From assembly GCA_030018135.1 (NCBI GenBank), contig JASEGJ010000010.1, forward strand, positions 1 to 37,282: a stretch of 37,282 nt of DNA, read 5' to 3'. Positions 10,017-19,159 of this stretch are shown piece by piece; position 1 is the stretch's first letter, and every line of letters begins with the position of its first letter. The translations under genes and the position numbers were made by a program. The DNA comes from Candidatus Hodarchaeaceae archaeon (GTDB lineage: Archaea > Hadarchaeota > Hadarchaeia > Hadarchaeales > Hadarchaeaceae). The notes beneath the pieces are model-generated. The model saw nothing but the letters and a program-made list of their open reading frames with translations. It was not told the origin of the DNA and did not search any database.

Positions 10017-11090
10017 ATGCAGATGGGTAGTCAACTTGGGTATGGCGTGAGCGGGAGAACTGGAATTTTTGCATTCGCCCTCACACTTTGCATCGTCCTT
10101 GGAGCTTTGGGGAGCATCATCGTAGTTCAGGCGGAAGGCCCGAGGCAGGTCGAGCACGTCATCCTCATCGTGATCGACGGTGTGCGCTCGGATATCCTCC
10201 TCGAGGCAAACACGCCGACGTTCGACATGCTCGCGGGCGAGGGCTCCTACACCTGGAACGCATGGACGGTCTTCCCGTCCGAAACGGGGTATGCCATACC
10301 CTCCTTATTGGCCGGGTCGACCCCAGACGTTCACAACGCGGCCGGCTTCCGATATTGGAGCGATGTAGAATCCATATTCGAGGTGTTCGAGAGGTCCGGC
10401 CTGCCGACGGCCGTGATAGGGGGCAGCACGATGACCTACAGCGGGGTCGAGCCGACCTACTCGACGGGGTACTACTACCGCGGTGATCAGGACGCGCACT
10501 CGGCGGACTTGGCTATAGAATGGCTCGTCGAACATAAACCGTTCTTCATCTACGTTTACAACCCCGTGCCGGACCGAATGGGCCACGCGCGCGGCCACGA
10601 CAGCGCGGAGTATCGAGGGGCAATAGAGAACGCCGACTACCACGTAGGCAGGCTGATCCAAGCGCTCAAGGATCAGGGGGTGTACGACCGCACGCTGATA
10701 GTGATCACCACCGACCACGGCATGACCGGCACCTCCCACAGCTATGGTCACGAGACCGACATGCGAACCTTCTCCATCTGGCATGGCCCGGGCGTCAAGC
10801 GGGGGTACGAGATGGTCGACAACTTGTACATAGCCGCCAGCGTCACCCACGGCGAGACCCATGTGGCGCACCGCATCATCGACATCGCGCCCACGATAGT
10901 TACGCTGGCCGGGCTATCGCCCCCCGAGCGCTGGAACGGGGAGGTAATCTGGCAGATCCTCGCGGAGTCCGCTGAAATCCCCGGTGGAGTATCTTGGGGC
11001 CCGATCGCAGCGCTGATCGTCGTCGTGGTCATCGCCATCGCGGCGCTCCGGCATAAACGCTTTAAGGGACGCGCGAAAGTGAGGAGGTAA
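10017..11090 (+). CDS. Alkaline phosphatase/NPP-superfamily phosphodiesterase, secreted and membrane-anchored
   Basis: Signal-like N-terminus; IVIDGVR, FPSET nucleophile, PDRMGH, TTDHG; C-terminal TM plus basic tail. Confidence 0.88.
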   Translation: MQMGSQLGYGVSGRTGIFAFALTLCIVLGALGSIIVVQAEGPRQVEHVILIVIDGVRSDILLEANTPTFDMLAGEGSYTWNAWTVFPSETGYAIPSLLAGSTPDVHNAAGFRYWSDVESIFEVFERSGLPTAVIGGSTMTYSGVEPTYSTGYYYRGDQDAHSADLAIEWLVEHKPFFIYVYNPVPDRMGHARGHDSAEYRGAIENADYHVGRLIQALKDQGVYDRTLIVITTDHGMTGTSHSYGHETDMRTFSIWHGPGVKRGYEMVDNLYIAASVTHGETHVAHRIIDIAPTIVTLAGLSPPERWNGEVIWQILAESAEIPGGVSWGPIAALIVVVVIAIAALRHKRFKGRAKVRR

Positions 11091-11094
11091 GAAC

Positions 11095-12480
11095 ATGGGG
11101 GACCGCCGGCTTTCAATGGTTCTCATGGGTTTGTTGGTTTTCACCCACGCTTGTGCTATCCCCTCAGCGGAAGCCGAAGCCCCCGATCCTCCGGCATATG
11201 TTTATTTAACTTGGGCGCGCGACGACACCGCCCGCAGCATCAACATCAGCTGGCGGACGATGAAGGAAGGATATCTGGGCGAGGTGCTTTACGACACCGA
11301 GCCTCGCGGTGGCGACCCAGAACTTTACCGCTTTCGCGCGGTCGGCGACCCCGATGTCACACCTGTGACATATGAGGGATTGGAGGGCTACGTGCACCAT
11401 GTCGAGCTCACCGGCTTGGAGCCTGGTACCGTCTACTACTTCATCGCCGGGCATTCCAGCTACGGATGGAGCGAGGAGCGGGCCTTCCGCACCGCCCCGG
11501 CGAGCAGGACGAGCTTCAGGTTCGTCGCGGCGGGGGACTCTCACTCCGGCGCCGATGTCCGGCCCTACCCGGAGTGGCCGGAGTCGCGGGATAACAACAC
11601 GAAGCTCATGGCGCAGCAAAGCCCGTCGTTCCTCTTGGGCTTGGGCGACTACGCCTTCTACTACAACGACCAGTGGGAGTGGGACAACTGGTTCAGGGCT
11701 CTAGATAATTACCTAGTCACGCCCGAGGGGCTGATGGTGCCCATCGTCCCGACTGTAGGGAATCACGAGGTCGTCTACCCGCAGCCACTCGATTACGACC
11801 CCGAGACCGAGGCCACGAACTACTACGCGCAGTTCAACCTCCCGGGCAACGAGCGTTGGTACGCGCTGAGCTGGGGGCCCGACCTGCGGGTAGTCGTGCT
11901 CGACAGCGAGGTGCTAAACATCAGATCCGAGACTTGGCAGGAGCAGCTCGAGTGGCTCGATGCGGAGCTGGAGGCGTCCAAGGACTACCTCTGGAGGGTG
12001 GTGATCTTCCACAGGCGCATGGTGATAGGTGGTACCCTCGAACCGAGGCAGGAGGAATGGGCGTTCCTCTTCGACAGGCACCGCGTCGACTTGGTGCTCT
12101 CAGGGCACACCCACAGCTACGAGCGCTCGCACCCGCTCGACTGGACTAGGGCGCCCGGCGAGGTCATGCAGCCCGGTGATGGGGTTATCTACATAATTGC
12201 TGGCGGGTGGGGAGGCCCAATGACCGGGCGCCCACCCGCGTGGAGCACCGCCGCCGGGCCAGAGGCCAGGTTCCATCACCTAGTCATCGATGTTTTTGAG
12301 AACGGCACGCTGCGCCTTCGCGCGATCGATAGCGAGGGCAATGCATTGGACGAGTTCACACTGCATAAGGATCTGCCAGCCGAGAGCCCAGCCGGATCAC
12401 CGATGATCGCGATATTTACGGTCATCATCGCAGTCGTGGCTGCTGGCGCCATATACTTTCTCAAGAGAGAGAAAAGGTAA
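11095..12480 (+). CDS. Purple-acid-phosphatase-like metallophosphoesterase with N-terminal FN3-like domain, membrane-anchored
   Basis: HHVELTGLEPGTVYY; GDSH, GDYA, GNHE, SGHTHSYER; signal peptide and C-terminal TM. Confidence 0.9.
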   Translation: MGDRRLSMVLMGLLVFTHACAIPSAEAEAPDPPAYVYLTWARDDTARSINISWRTMKEGYLGEVLYDTEPRGGDPELYRFRAVGDPDVTPVTYEGLEGYVHHVELTGLEPGTVYYFIAGHSSYGWSEERAFRTAPASRTSFRFVAAGDSHSGADVRPYPEWPESRDNNTKLMAQQSPSFLLGLGDYAFYYNDQWEWDNWFRALDNYLVTPEGLMVPIVPTVGNHEVVYPQPLDYDPETEATNYYAQFNLPGNERWYALSWGPDLRVVVLDSEVLNIRSETWQEQLEWLDAELEASKDYLWRVVIFHRRMVIGGTLEPRQEEWAFLFDRHRVDLVLSGHTHSYERSHPLDWTRAPGEVMQPGDGVIYIIAGGWGGPMTGRPPAWSTAAGPEARFHHLVIDVFENGTLRLRAIDSEGNALDEFTLHKDLPAESPAGSPMIAIFTVIIAVVAAGAIYFLKREKR

Positions 12481-12753
12481 GAAAAGCGCGGTTATCCACA
12501 CACCGCTCTCCGCCCTGCAGGATCGACTCCAGCTGAAGTTTTTTCTATTTACCCCGCTCGTGCCACCCATGTAACTGCAGCACTCGTATCGTAGACGACT
12601 CCCGCGATAGAGACCGAGGCGAAAAAAGCACGAGCTGAAGCGGAGCCGGAATTGCACCGCGCTTAAATCCCATCCTCGCCTAAATTGAGGGGGGTCGATT
12701 ATCTGACCATCCTCCCAAGGAGGAGAAGGAGGAGGCGAGTCGCCGGCGATGTG

Positions 12754-13185
12754 ATGAGGGGCCTGGCGCTCTTCGTGGTATTTCTGGGGCTATCCATAGT
12801 AGTCCACGAGACCTCCCACTTGGTCGTCGCCAGGGCGCTGGGCTACGAGGCCGACGTCCACTACGGGATCCAGCTCCCCTACATCTACGGTGTCGTCAGC
12901 ATCGACCCTCCCTCGAGGGGCTTGATCGACACGCTTCTCATATTCTCGATCGGCGGGCTTGGGGCGGGTGCGGTTTTTTACATCCTTTGGTACGCGATCG
13001 ATGATATCATCGCCAAGCTCATCCTCTCCTTCTTCACCTCGATGCAGGTCGTCTACGGCGTAATGGAGCCGATGGTCGCGTTCAGGCTGGTGGAGAGGGC
13101 TTGGCTCGGCACCGTGCCCATGGCGGCCGGCTTGATCGCGCTGATCGCCTTCAGGATAATCTACTGGAGACTGGGCTGGTGGTAA
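12754..13185 (+). CDS. Membrane protein with HExxH (M50 peptidase-like)
   Basis: VVHETSHLVVA inside hydrophobic helices; start placed at ATG 12754. Confidence 0.6.
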   Translation: MRGLALFVVFLGLSIVVHETSHLVVARALGYEADVHYGIQLPYIYGVVSIDPPSRGLIDTLLIFSIGGLGAGAVFYILWYAIDDIIAKLILSFFTSMQVVYGVMEPMVAFRLVERAWLGTVPMAAGLIALIAFRIIYWRLGWW

Positions 13186-13487
13186 AGTAAATAGGGAGGA
13201 AAATATCTAGGGACAGCGGCGATAGGGCGGTCGCATGTAGGTAGGTCCTCCCACAGCCTCTACTGAGCTCCAAATCATCGGAGCAAGGTGGGATTTTTGC
13301 GGCCGCCCCGTCATAGACCGAAGAAAGGTCGTTTTGATGGACACGGGAATCCATCCGCGCTTCATCGCACCGAGCGTTGAGCCTTTTGATCCGGCTGAGG
13401 AGGATTTACAAGCCGATAGCTCGCTTGCGGACCTCGGGATGAACCTCACGCCTTAAGATATCGAAGGGCGATGTTACATCGAGTAAA

Positions 13488-14534
13488 ATGACTTGGGAAG
13501 CCTTGTTGGATCGGTATACGGCCCTCATCGACCGCAAGCTGGAGGGGCACTTCAGGTCGTTGAAAGAGGTGGCGAGTAAATACCACCATTTCATGCTCGA
13601 GACCTATGAAAACCTCGAGGAATATGTGCTCAGAAGGGGGAAAAGGTTGGCTTCGTGTAGCACCCTCCTCGCTTACAAGGGTTATGCCGGCGATGTGGAC
13701 GAAAAAATCCTCAATGTTGGCGTCGGCATAGAACTCTATAGGCATTCTATCCTAGTCCACGACGACTTGGTCGACGAGGATGAAGCCAGAAGGGGCGGAA
13801 AATCGTTTCACGAGCTCTCCTCCGGAGTTCGCGGCCCAAAGTTTGGAGGGGGAGTTGCCATTTTCTTGGGCGATGCGGCATATGCCCTCTCGCTGGAGGC
13901 GATATTGAACTCTGGCTTCAGCGGGGAAGCGCTGCTTCGAGTGGTCCGGCTGTTGGCTGGGGGTTACCGTGAGGTGAACGAGAGCCAGGTCCTCGATTTG
14001 CTTTTCGAGCACAAGGAGCCGGATGTCGAGGAGTGGTACGCAATGGCATCCAAAAGGGCGGCGTCCCTCTTCAAAGCCACGATATTAACCGGCGCCATCC
14101 TCGGCGGCGCGCCGGAGGAGGACCTGCGGACCCTGGGGGAAGCGGCGGTGAACATAGGCTACGCGTTCGACATCCAGGACGACATCATAGATACCTTCGC
14201 CACCGAGCAGCAGTACGGCAGGCCGCCTGGCGGGGACGTAGCCCGGGGTAAAAAGCCCCTCCACGTAGTGTACGCGCTTAAGTTGGCCGGGCCGGACGAG
14301 CTGGAGGTGTTTAAGGGCATCATAGGCAAGGGCAGGCTCACCTCGGAAGACCTCGAAACGGTGCGCGAGATCCTGAGGAGGACGGGCGCCCTAAGGGCCG
14401 CGAAGGCCAAATCGGTGGAACACGCTGAGGAAGCGAAGGAGCTGATCGGAAGGACGCGAATGGACGGGGGAAGCAAGGAGTTCTTCAGCGCTTTCACCGA
14501 TTACATCGCCCGAAGTCTGGACTGGTACAAGTAA
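13488..14534 (+). CDS. Trans-isoprenyl diphosphate synthase (polyprenyl synthetase)
   Basis: GKRL, HDDLVD..RRG (FARM), GDA, QVLD, AFDIQDDIID (SARM), GKK. Confidence 0.93.
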   Translation: MTWEALLDRYTALIDRKLEGHFRSLKEVASKYHHFMLETYENLEEYVLRRGKRLASCSTLLAYKGYAGDVDEKILNVGVGIELYRHSILVHDDLVDEDEARRGGKSFHELSSGVRGPKFGGGVAIFLGDAAYALSLEAILNSGFSGEALLRVVRLLAGGYREVNESQVLDLLFEHKEPDVEEWYAMASKRAASLFKATILTGAILGGAPEEDLRTLGEAAVNIGYAFDIQDDIIDTFATEQQYGRPPGGDVARGKKPLHVVYALKLAGPDELEVFKGIIGKGRLTSEDLETVREILRRTGALRAAKAKSVEHAEEAKELIGRTRMDGGSKEFFSAFTDYIARSLDWYK

Positions 14535-14594
14535 CATTGGATCGGCCCAAGTGCTATTTAGCCGGCCCGCCGCTGGAGCCGATTCGCGTCACGC

Positions 14595-16400
14595 TCACGC
14601 GTACTTGCTCAACCCGAGTTCCTTAAGCTTCTCCGGCGTCGGCCTCCCGTCCTTCCATCCTCGCAATTTGTAGTACTCGTCGAGCATCGCGTCGAGCTTT
14701 ACCACATGTCCCTTTGCCGGACCTTCGGGCATTGGCTCCTTCAGGAGCCTTGAGGGTAGCGTGTCGTGTTCGCGCCCGAAGCCCTCGCGGTTTATGAAGA
14801 GCCGCTCGAGGTTGTAGATCCGCTCGCCCGCCTTCAGCAGGTCGTCGGCCGACCAATTCCAGCCAGCGATGGCGTTGAGGAGTTCGGCGATCTCCGGTGC
14901 ACCGAACGCGAAGGTCAGGAACTTGCAAACGACTGCCGAGTCGCAAACCGCGAAGAGATCTTGGAAGGTCTTCACCCACCGCGCCTTGCCATCGGTCGCG
15001 AACCCATCGAGGCGCTCGGGGATGCCCAAGATTTCCGGCGCGATCATGTAGGCCCGCAAGTGACAGCCGCCCCGGTTGCTGGTCGCATAGCCAAGCCCAT
15101 GGCCTTGTACCCCGCGGGGGTCGTAAGCAGGCAACTCCAGTCCCTTGACATGCATCGCGAGCTCGGGCACGCCATATTTCTCCGCCAGCCTCTTAGCGCC
15201 CAGCGCGATATCGTCTCCGAAGCCGACGCGATAGGCGGTTCTCCAGGCGAGTTCGACAATCACCTGGGGGTTGCCGAACCTGAGTTCAAGCCCTCCAAGC
15301 CTCTCCTTTGAGATCTTGCCCCTCTCGTACAGCTCCATCGCGCAGCCCACGGTATTGCCGTAGGAGATCGGGTCGATGCCCAGCTCATCGCACAGGTTAT
15401 GCGCTTTGGTTATGGCATTGAGGTCGTCGATGCCGCAGTTTGCGCCCAACGACCAATCCGTCTCGTACTCCGGCCCCTCGCCCTCGACTTGGTACGGCGG
15501 TTGGGTCACCCGAGTAACCCTACCACAGGCTATCGGACAGCCCCAACAAGCCTTGTTTTTGACGAGGATCGTCTTGGCGATGGTCTCGCCGCTCGTCTTG
15601 TCCGCGGTCGGAAAAGTGCCCGTCTGGAAGTTGCGCGTCGGGTAGATGCCGTGCTCGTTGATGATGTTCACAAGCACGGCGGTGCCGTAGGTGGGCAACG
15701 CTTGACCGGTTACGCCGCTATCCTTGATCATCTTCAGCACCTTCGCCACGGCTTCCCTGAGCTTTCCCTCATCAGCGATAGGAGGCTTTTTGGTCCCCCG
15801 CACCGCGACCGCCTTCAGGCGCTTGGAGCCCATCACCGCGCCAGCTGCGGTTCTGCCGGCCGCGCGGTGCTTGTCGTTGATGATCGCGGCGCACATCGCG
15901 AGGTTCTCGCCGGCGGGTCCAATCGATGCGACCTTGATTTGAGAGTCGCCGAGTTCCCTCCTGATGTCGTCCTCGGTGTCCCAGGTGCCCTTGCCCCAAT
16001 AGCGCTTCGCAGGCTTGAGTTCCGCCTCGCCATTATGGAGCCACAGGTAAACTGGCTCGCTTGCCCTGCCCTCCAGTATTATGCCCTCGTAGCCCGCGAA
16101 TCTCAGCTCGGGGCCGAAATCCCCGCCGCAGTTGGTGTCGCCTATACCGCCGGTCAGGGGCGACTTGGTGATCACGTGAAACCTGCCGCTCGCGGGAAAT
16201 GCCGTTCCCGTGGCCGGACCGACCATGAAAAGCAGCTTGTTTTCTGGCCCCAGGGGGTCTACGCCCGGTTTGAACTCGTCCATGAGTAACTTCACGCCCA
16301 AGCCGCGCCCACCCATGAATTTCTCGACATCCTCGTCATCGACCATTTCGTCCCTCATGGAGCCCGACGAAAGGTCGACTCGGAGCAATTTCAATTTCAT
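14595..16400 (-). CDS. aor: Tungsten aldehyde:ferredoxin oxidoreductase
   Basis: KSPLTG, IGPAGEN, AAGR..GAVMGSKRLKA, CWGCPIACGR, GPEYET, DELGID, NRGGCH, YYKLRGW. Confidence 0.95.
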   Translation of the reverse strand: MKLKLLRVDLSSGSMRDEMVDDEDVEKFMGGRGLGVKLLMDEFKPGVDPLGPENKLLFMVGPATGTAFPASGRFHVITKSPLTGGIGDTNCGGDFGPELRFAGYEGIILEGRASEPVYLWLHNGEAELKPAKRYWGKGTWDTEDDIRRELGDSQIKVASIGPAGENLAMCAAIINDKHRAAGRTAAGAVMGSKRLKAVAVRGTKKPPIADEGKLREAVAKVLKMIKDSGVTGQALPTYGTAVLVNIINEHGIYPTRNFQTGTFPTADKTSGETIAKTILVKNKACWGCPIACGRVTRVTQPPYQVEGEGPEYETDWSLGANCGIDDLNAITKAHNLCDELGIDPISYGNTVGCAMELYERGKISKERLGGLELRFGNPQVIVELAWRTAYRVGFGDDIALGAKRLAEKYGVPELAMHVKGLELPAYDPRGVQGHGLGYATSNRGGCHLRAYMIAPEILGIPERLDGFATDGKARWVKTFQDLFAVCDSAVVCKFLTFAFGAPEIAELLNAIAGWNWSADDLLKAGERIYNLERLFINREGFGREHDTLPSRLLKEPMPEGPAKGHVVKLDAMLDEYYKLRGWKDGRPTPEKLKELGLSKYA

Positions 16401-16572
16401 CTCCAGTCCTCCAACGGTTCAATAACGCTTACTGGTTTAAGTAAGTTTTGAAGTTAGGGCAGTCAGTTATAAACAATTCAGCAACCAAAATCATTTGGAA
16501 ATGTAGAGTAAAGTTCGGATGACCTTAGCACTAGCGAGCTATTTAATCGTGGGGAATCAAAACTTAAAGGGT

Positions 16573-16707
16573 AGCCCCGTGGGGTAGACCAGTAAAGCTG
16601 GGCCTAATGGTCAGGGTTCAAAGCCCCCATAAAAGCCTTCGGGCCTTTGGAGCCCGTGACCCCGGTTCGAAATCGGCCAGCCGACGAAGTTCCGGGCGGG
16701 GCTACCA
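16573..16707 (+). tRNA. tRNA-Gln(UUG) with three non-canonical introns: 16588-16607 (15/16), 16613-16632 (D-loop ~20a/20b), 16672-16690 (58/59); CCA encoded
   Basis: Removing the three BHB-bounded segments gives a 76-nt cloverleaf: AGCCCCG/CGGGGCT acceptor, CGGGC-CT-TTG-GA-GCCCG anticodon arm, CCCGG-TTCGAAT-CCGGG T arm. Confidence 0.92.
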
Positions 16708-16903
16708 TTTTTGTTAAGTAGTCTTGAGAAGTCGGATCGCCGAAGGACGTGGGGCAATTATCGCTTTTTAGCCGCTTTATTGCCTCCTTAAGGGCGTTTT
16801 CCGCGACCCGTGAAATGTTCAGGCCCGCATCCTTCGCTTCCTTCAAGATAGCAGGATCAAGGGTGATTGCGGTTATCTGGCGCTTTCGGTTTGGTCCCTT
16901 CAT
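16604..16903 (-). CDS. int(N): CcdA/ribbon-helix-helix-like N-terminal integrase fragment reading antisense into the tRNA
   Basis: TAITLDPAILKEAKDAGLNISRVAENALKEAI is CcdA-like; continues MVAPPG...RTGVTGSKG, in register with RTGVAGSKG of int(C). Confidence 0.8.
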   Translation of the reverse strand: MKGPNRKRQITAITLDPAILKEAKDAGLNISRVAENALKEAIKRLKSDNCPTSFGDPTSQDYLTKMVAPPGTSSAGRFRTGVTGSKGPKAFMGALNPDH

Positions 16904-17197
16904 GTATATACACTCCTATGCACTCTCAGCCTCTTCAAGCACTTCTTTCAATCTCCTAGATATAATCCCCTTGATGTTTTCCATACTCTGCTCCTCCGCG
17001 AGGCGGCAAAGTTGTTCTATTCGCTCAGGAGACAACTTGCGGCCCCGCCCTCGCCTGCTCGATGCTGCACACTATTAAAAACCACTTTGCCAACCGAGAC
17101 AGTGCATCGCCCATATTAAACCACGCGACATAAAAACTCGGCGCGATCTTTTTTTAGATTTTTAAGGAAATAAAAAAAGAGAGTTTGGGGCCCTAGG

Positions 17198-17674
17198 ATG
17201 GACTGGAGAGAATTTCTTCCTGTACATGAGTATAAAGCGTGGGTCGAAGACGCTCGAGATAAATTGGAGGAAGCGAAGAAGGATCTAGATGACTTTCCTT
17301 TTAGTGCCTTTCAACGGGCCCATGAATCTGCCGAATTTTTATTAAAAGCCGTTTTGGTCCGTGCGGGCAAATTCGGTAGAAAAAATCGAATCCACCAATT
17401 ACCACCGCTTCTGGATAAGATAGATCGCGAAAAATGCCTTCCACCCGGAGCGATTACTAAAGCACGAGAAATTGTGCCAGAACTCGAGATTATAAATGTG
17501 GGCGGCCCGCGACCAGCCCCTACGCATGTCGACTCCATTACATACACAGCCGAGGTTGAATATCCGAAGGCAGGAATGTCTTCTACCGATCGAATATCAA
17601 AGGAAATGGCTGAGGAAAAAATATGTTTGTCACAACAACTGCTTGAATTATTACTTCCTTATTTGGACTGTTAA
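17198..17674 (+). CDS. HEPN-domain protein (cargo)
   Basis: W..ARDKLEEAK...SAFQRAHESAEFLLKAVL...IHQLPPLL HEPN pattern; lower GC than the flanks. Confidence 0.75.
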   Translation: MDWREFLPVHEYKAWVEDARDKLEEAKKDLDDFPFSAFQRAHESAEFLLKAVLVRAGKFGRKNRIHQLPPLLDKIDREKCLPPGAITKAREIVPELEIINVGGPRPAPTHVDSITYTAEVEYPKAGMSSTDRISKEMAEEKICLSQQLLELLLPYLDC

Positions 17675-17684
17675 ATTGGCGCTG

Positions 17685-17969
17685 TTAACTTTTCTTTTTC
17701 CTCAACAATCTTCTTATTTGCTCTTCCTGTCTATTGTACCATTTATCAAAGAGCAGATACCCAAAGGGTAAATGAATGCCAAAGATTCCGAGTCCTCAGA
17801 AAATTAGGGGCCAGTGAAACCATATCTTTTCCGGCACAACTACGAGGTTGTAAACTGGAAAAATAACTGCGTTGAAAACCAAGTATATCACGAGATGGCA
17901 AAGGAAACCTTTTTTTGCTTCTCTCTTTTCCACAACTCTTCTCGCTTCTCTGTAATCCTTCACACTCAT
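17685..17969 (-). pseudogene. 2TM-domain small membrane protein with in-frame TGA at 17796-17798
   Basis: MSVKDYREARRVVEKRSKKGFLCHLVIYLVFN...WFHWPLIF*GLGIFGIHL...; the stop falls at the expected W of WPxxxWG. Confidence 0.7.
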
Positions 17970-18029
17970 TTTTTCACATCCATCGGTGTGATATTGCTTC
18001 CTTAAAAGGTTGATGGAGGTATTAAGTTA

Positions 18030-18213
18030 ACACCTATGTGAATCGCGAGGTTTTTTATTCATTTCGGTTTTCTCACTATCACCTCATCGGTTTTGGGCAT
18101 GATTGCATACACCTATCCGCGGTCTTTCGCCGCAATATAGTTTTTCGCTCGGGGCCCTCAATCAAACCCACGCGGTCAAAGCCGCAATTGAATTCCCGAG
18201 GTGCCCCTGCCCC
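18030..18213 (-). mobile_element. Transposase-less IS110 derivative (MITE-like) carrying a bridge-RNA copy
   Basis: Reverse complement aligns with 667-854; stems conserved, changes mostly in loops; terminus ATAGGTGT (18030-18037) matches its internal guide (18109-18116). Confidence 0.8.
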
Positions 18214-18255
18214 TTTTGTTTCTCCCTTTGATGGTTGTGGGAGCATGATATTCAC

Positions 18256-18285
18256 CCGCCTCTCATCGAATAGTTTGAGAGGCGG
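18256..18285. terminator. Perfect 10-bp hairpin downstream of int(C)
   Basis: CCGCCTCTCA-TCGAATAGTT-TGAGAGGCGG. Confidence 0.45.
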
Positions 18286-18331
18286 ATCCCTTAAAGCCGA
18301 GCGATTCATCATCCTATCAGCACCGTTAAAT

Positions 18332-19159
18332 TTACGAGAGAACTTTTAACCCCGCGCCATCGTATATCCTCTTTAACCGTTCGGGAGAGAAGTCCGTGTA
18401 ATGCCTCGCCAGCACGCTCCTCGGAACCCGCCCACAGAAGGCATCGACGTATCTGTCTGCAACGCCCAACTCGCCCATCTCGGAGCAGAACCAGTCGCGC
18501 AAAATCTGGGGCGTGATCTTAACGCCCGATGCCTCGCTCGCCCGCTTGAACCACCTATCAATTCGACTACTCCGCCACGGAAAGAGCCTTTGGTCGGCGC
18601 TCACGTCCCGCCCGTTGAGGTATTCTCTCAGCGCTTGCTCCGCTTCTCGGTTGAAAAATGACGCCCATCTTTTCTTTGTTATTGTGCTTGTTACGTTTGG
18701 CAGCACCATTCTCTTGTCAAGGTCGATGTCGCCTATCTTGAGCGATGCGACCTCATCTCGCCTAAGCCCCGATGTGGCGAGCATCAGGAACACCGCACGT
18801 TCAAATGGCCTTTTGAGCGCTTCGTAAAATCGCTTCAACTCTTCCTTGGTCGGCACCCTTTTCGGCTTGAACTCTTGGCGCGGTAATTTGAACGTCGCCA
18901 CTATTTCGCCTCTGCCCAAGAAGTCGCGGAAAAATCTTCTAAATGCTTTAAGAATGTTGGCGCGAGTCGAGGCGCTTGAATCCTTAAAGCCCGCGAGATA
19001 ATCTCTAATAACATCGGTCGAAACTTCAGCGCCGTTTAACCATCTCAAGAATCGTTTAATTTCACGACAATGATCTTGGGCGGTGGCCTCGGACAGCGAT
19101 AGGTCGATCGTGCAAAATTTCTTGAACTTCTCCAAAACATCAGGATCGAACGTTATGCC
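18332..19159 (-). CDS. int(C): SSV-type tyrosine recombinase, catalytic fragment
   Basis: TSGLRRDE, ITPQILRDWF, FCGRVPRSVLARHYTD; the reading frame runs out of attR. Confidence 0.92.
   Translation of the reverse strand, partial: GITFDPDVLEKFKKFCTIDLSLSEATAQDHCREIKRFLRWLNGAEVSTDVIRDYLAGFKDSSASTRANILKAFRRFFRDFLGRGEIVATFKLPRQEFKPKRVPTKEELKRFYEALKRPFERAVFLMLATSGLRRDEVASLKIGDIDLDKRMVLPNVTSTITKKRWASFFNREAEQALREYLNGRDVSADQRLFPWRSSRIDRWFKRASEASGVKITPQILRDWFCSEMGELGVADRYVDAFCGRVPRSVLARHYTDFSPERLKRIYDGAGLKVLS

Noticed and set aside
12500-12660. T-box-like GGGTGGCAC motif on the minus strand
   Set aside because: Incomplete motif, no specifier stem or regulated gene, and T-boxes are bacterial
13151-13449. 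Short minus-strand ORFs between the HExxH protein and the prenyl synthase
   Set aside because: No recognisable motifs; cannot be supported as genes
15399-16289. 296-aa plus-strand ORF (likewise 27988-28962, 31603-32295, 10305-10871, 22368-22919)
   Set aside because: Antisense shadows of well-supported GC-rich genes, with no family motifs
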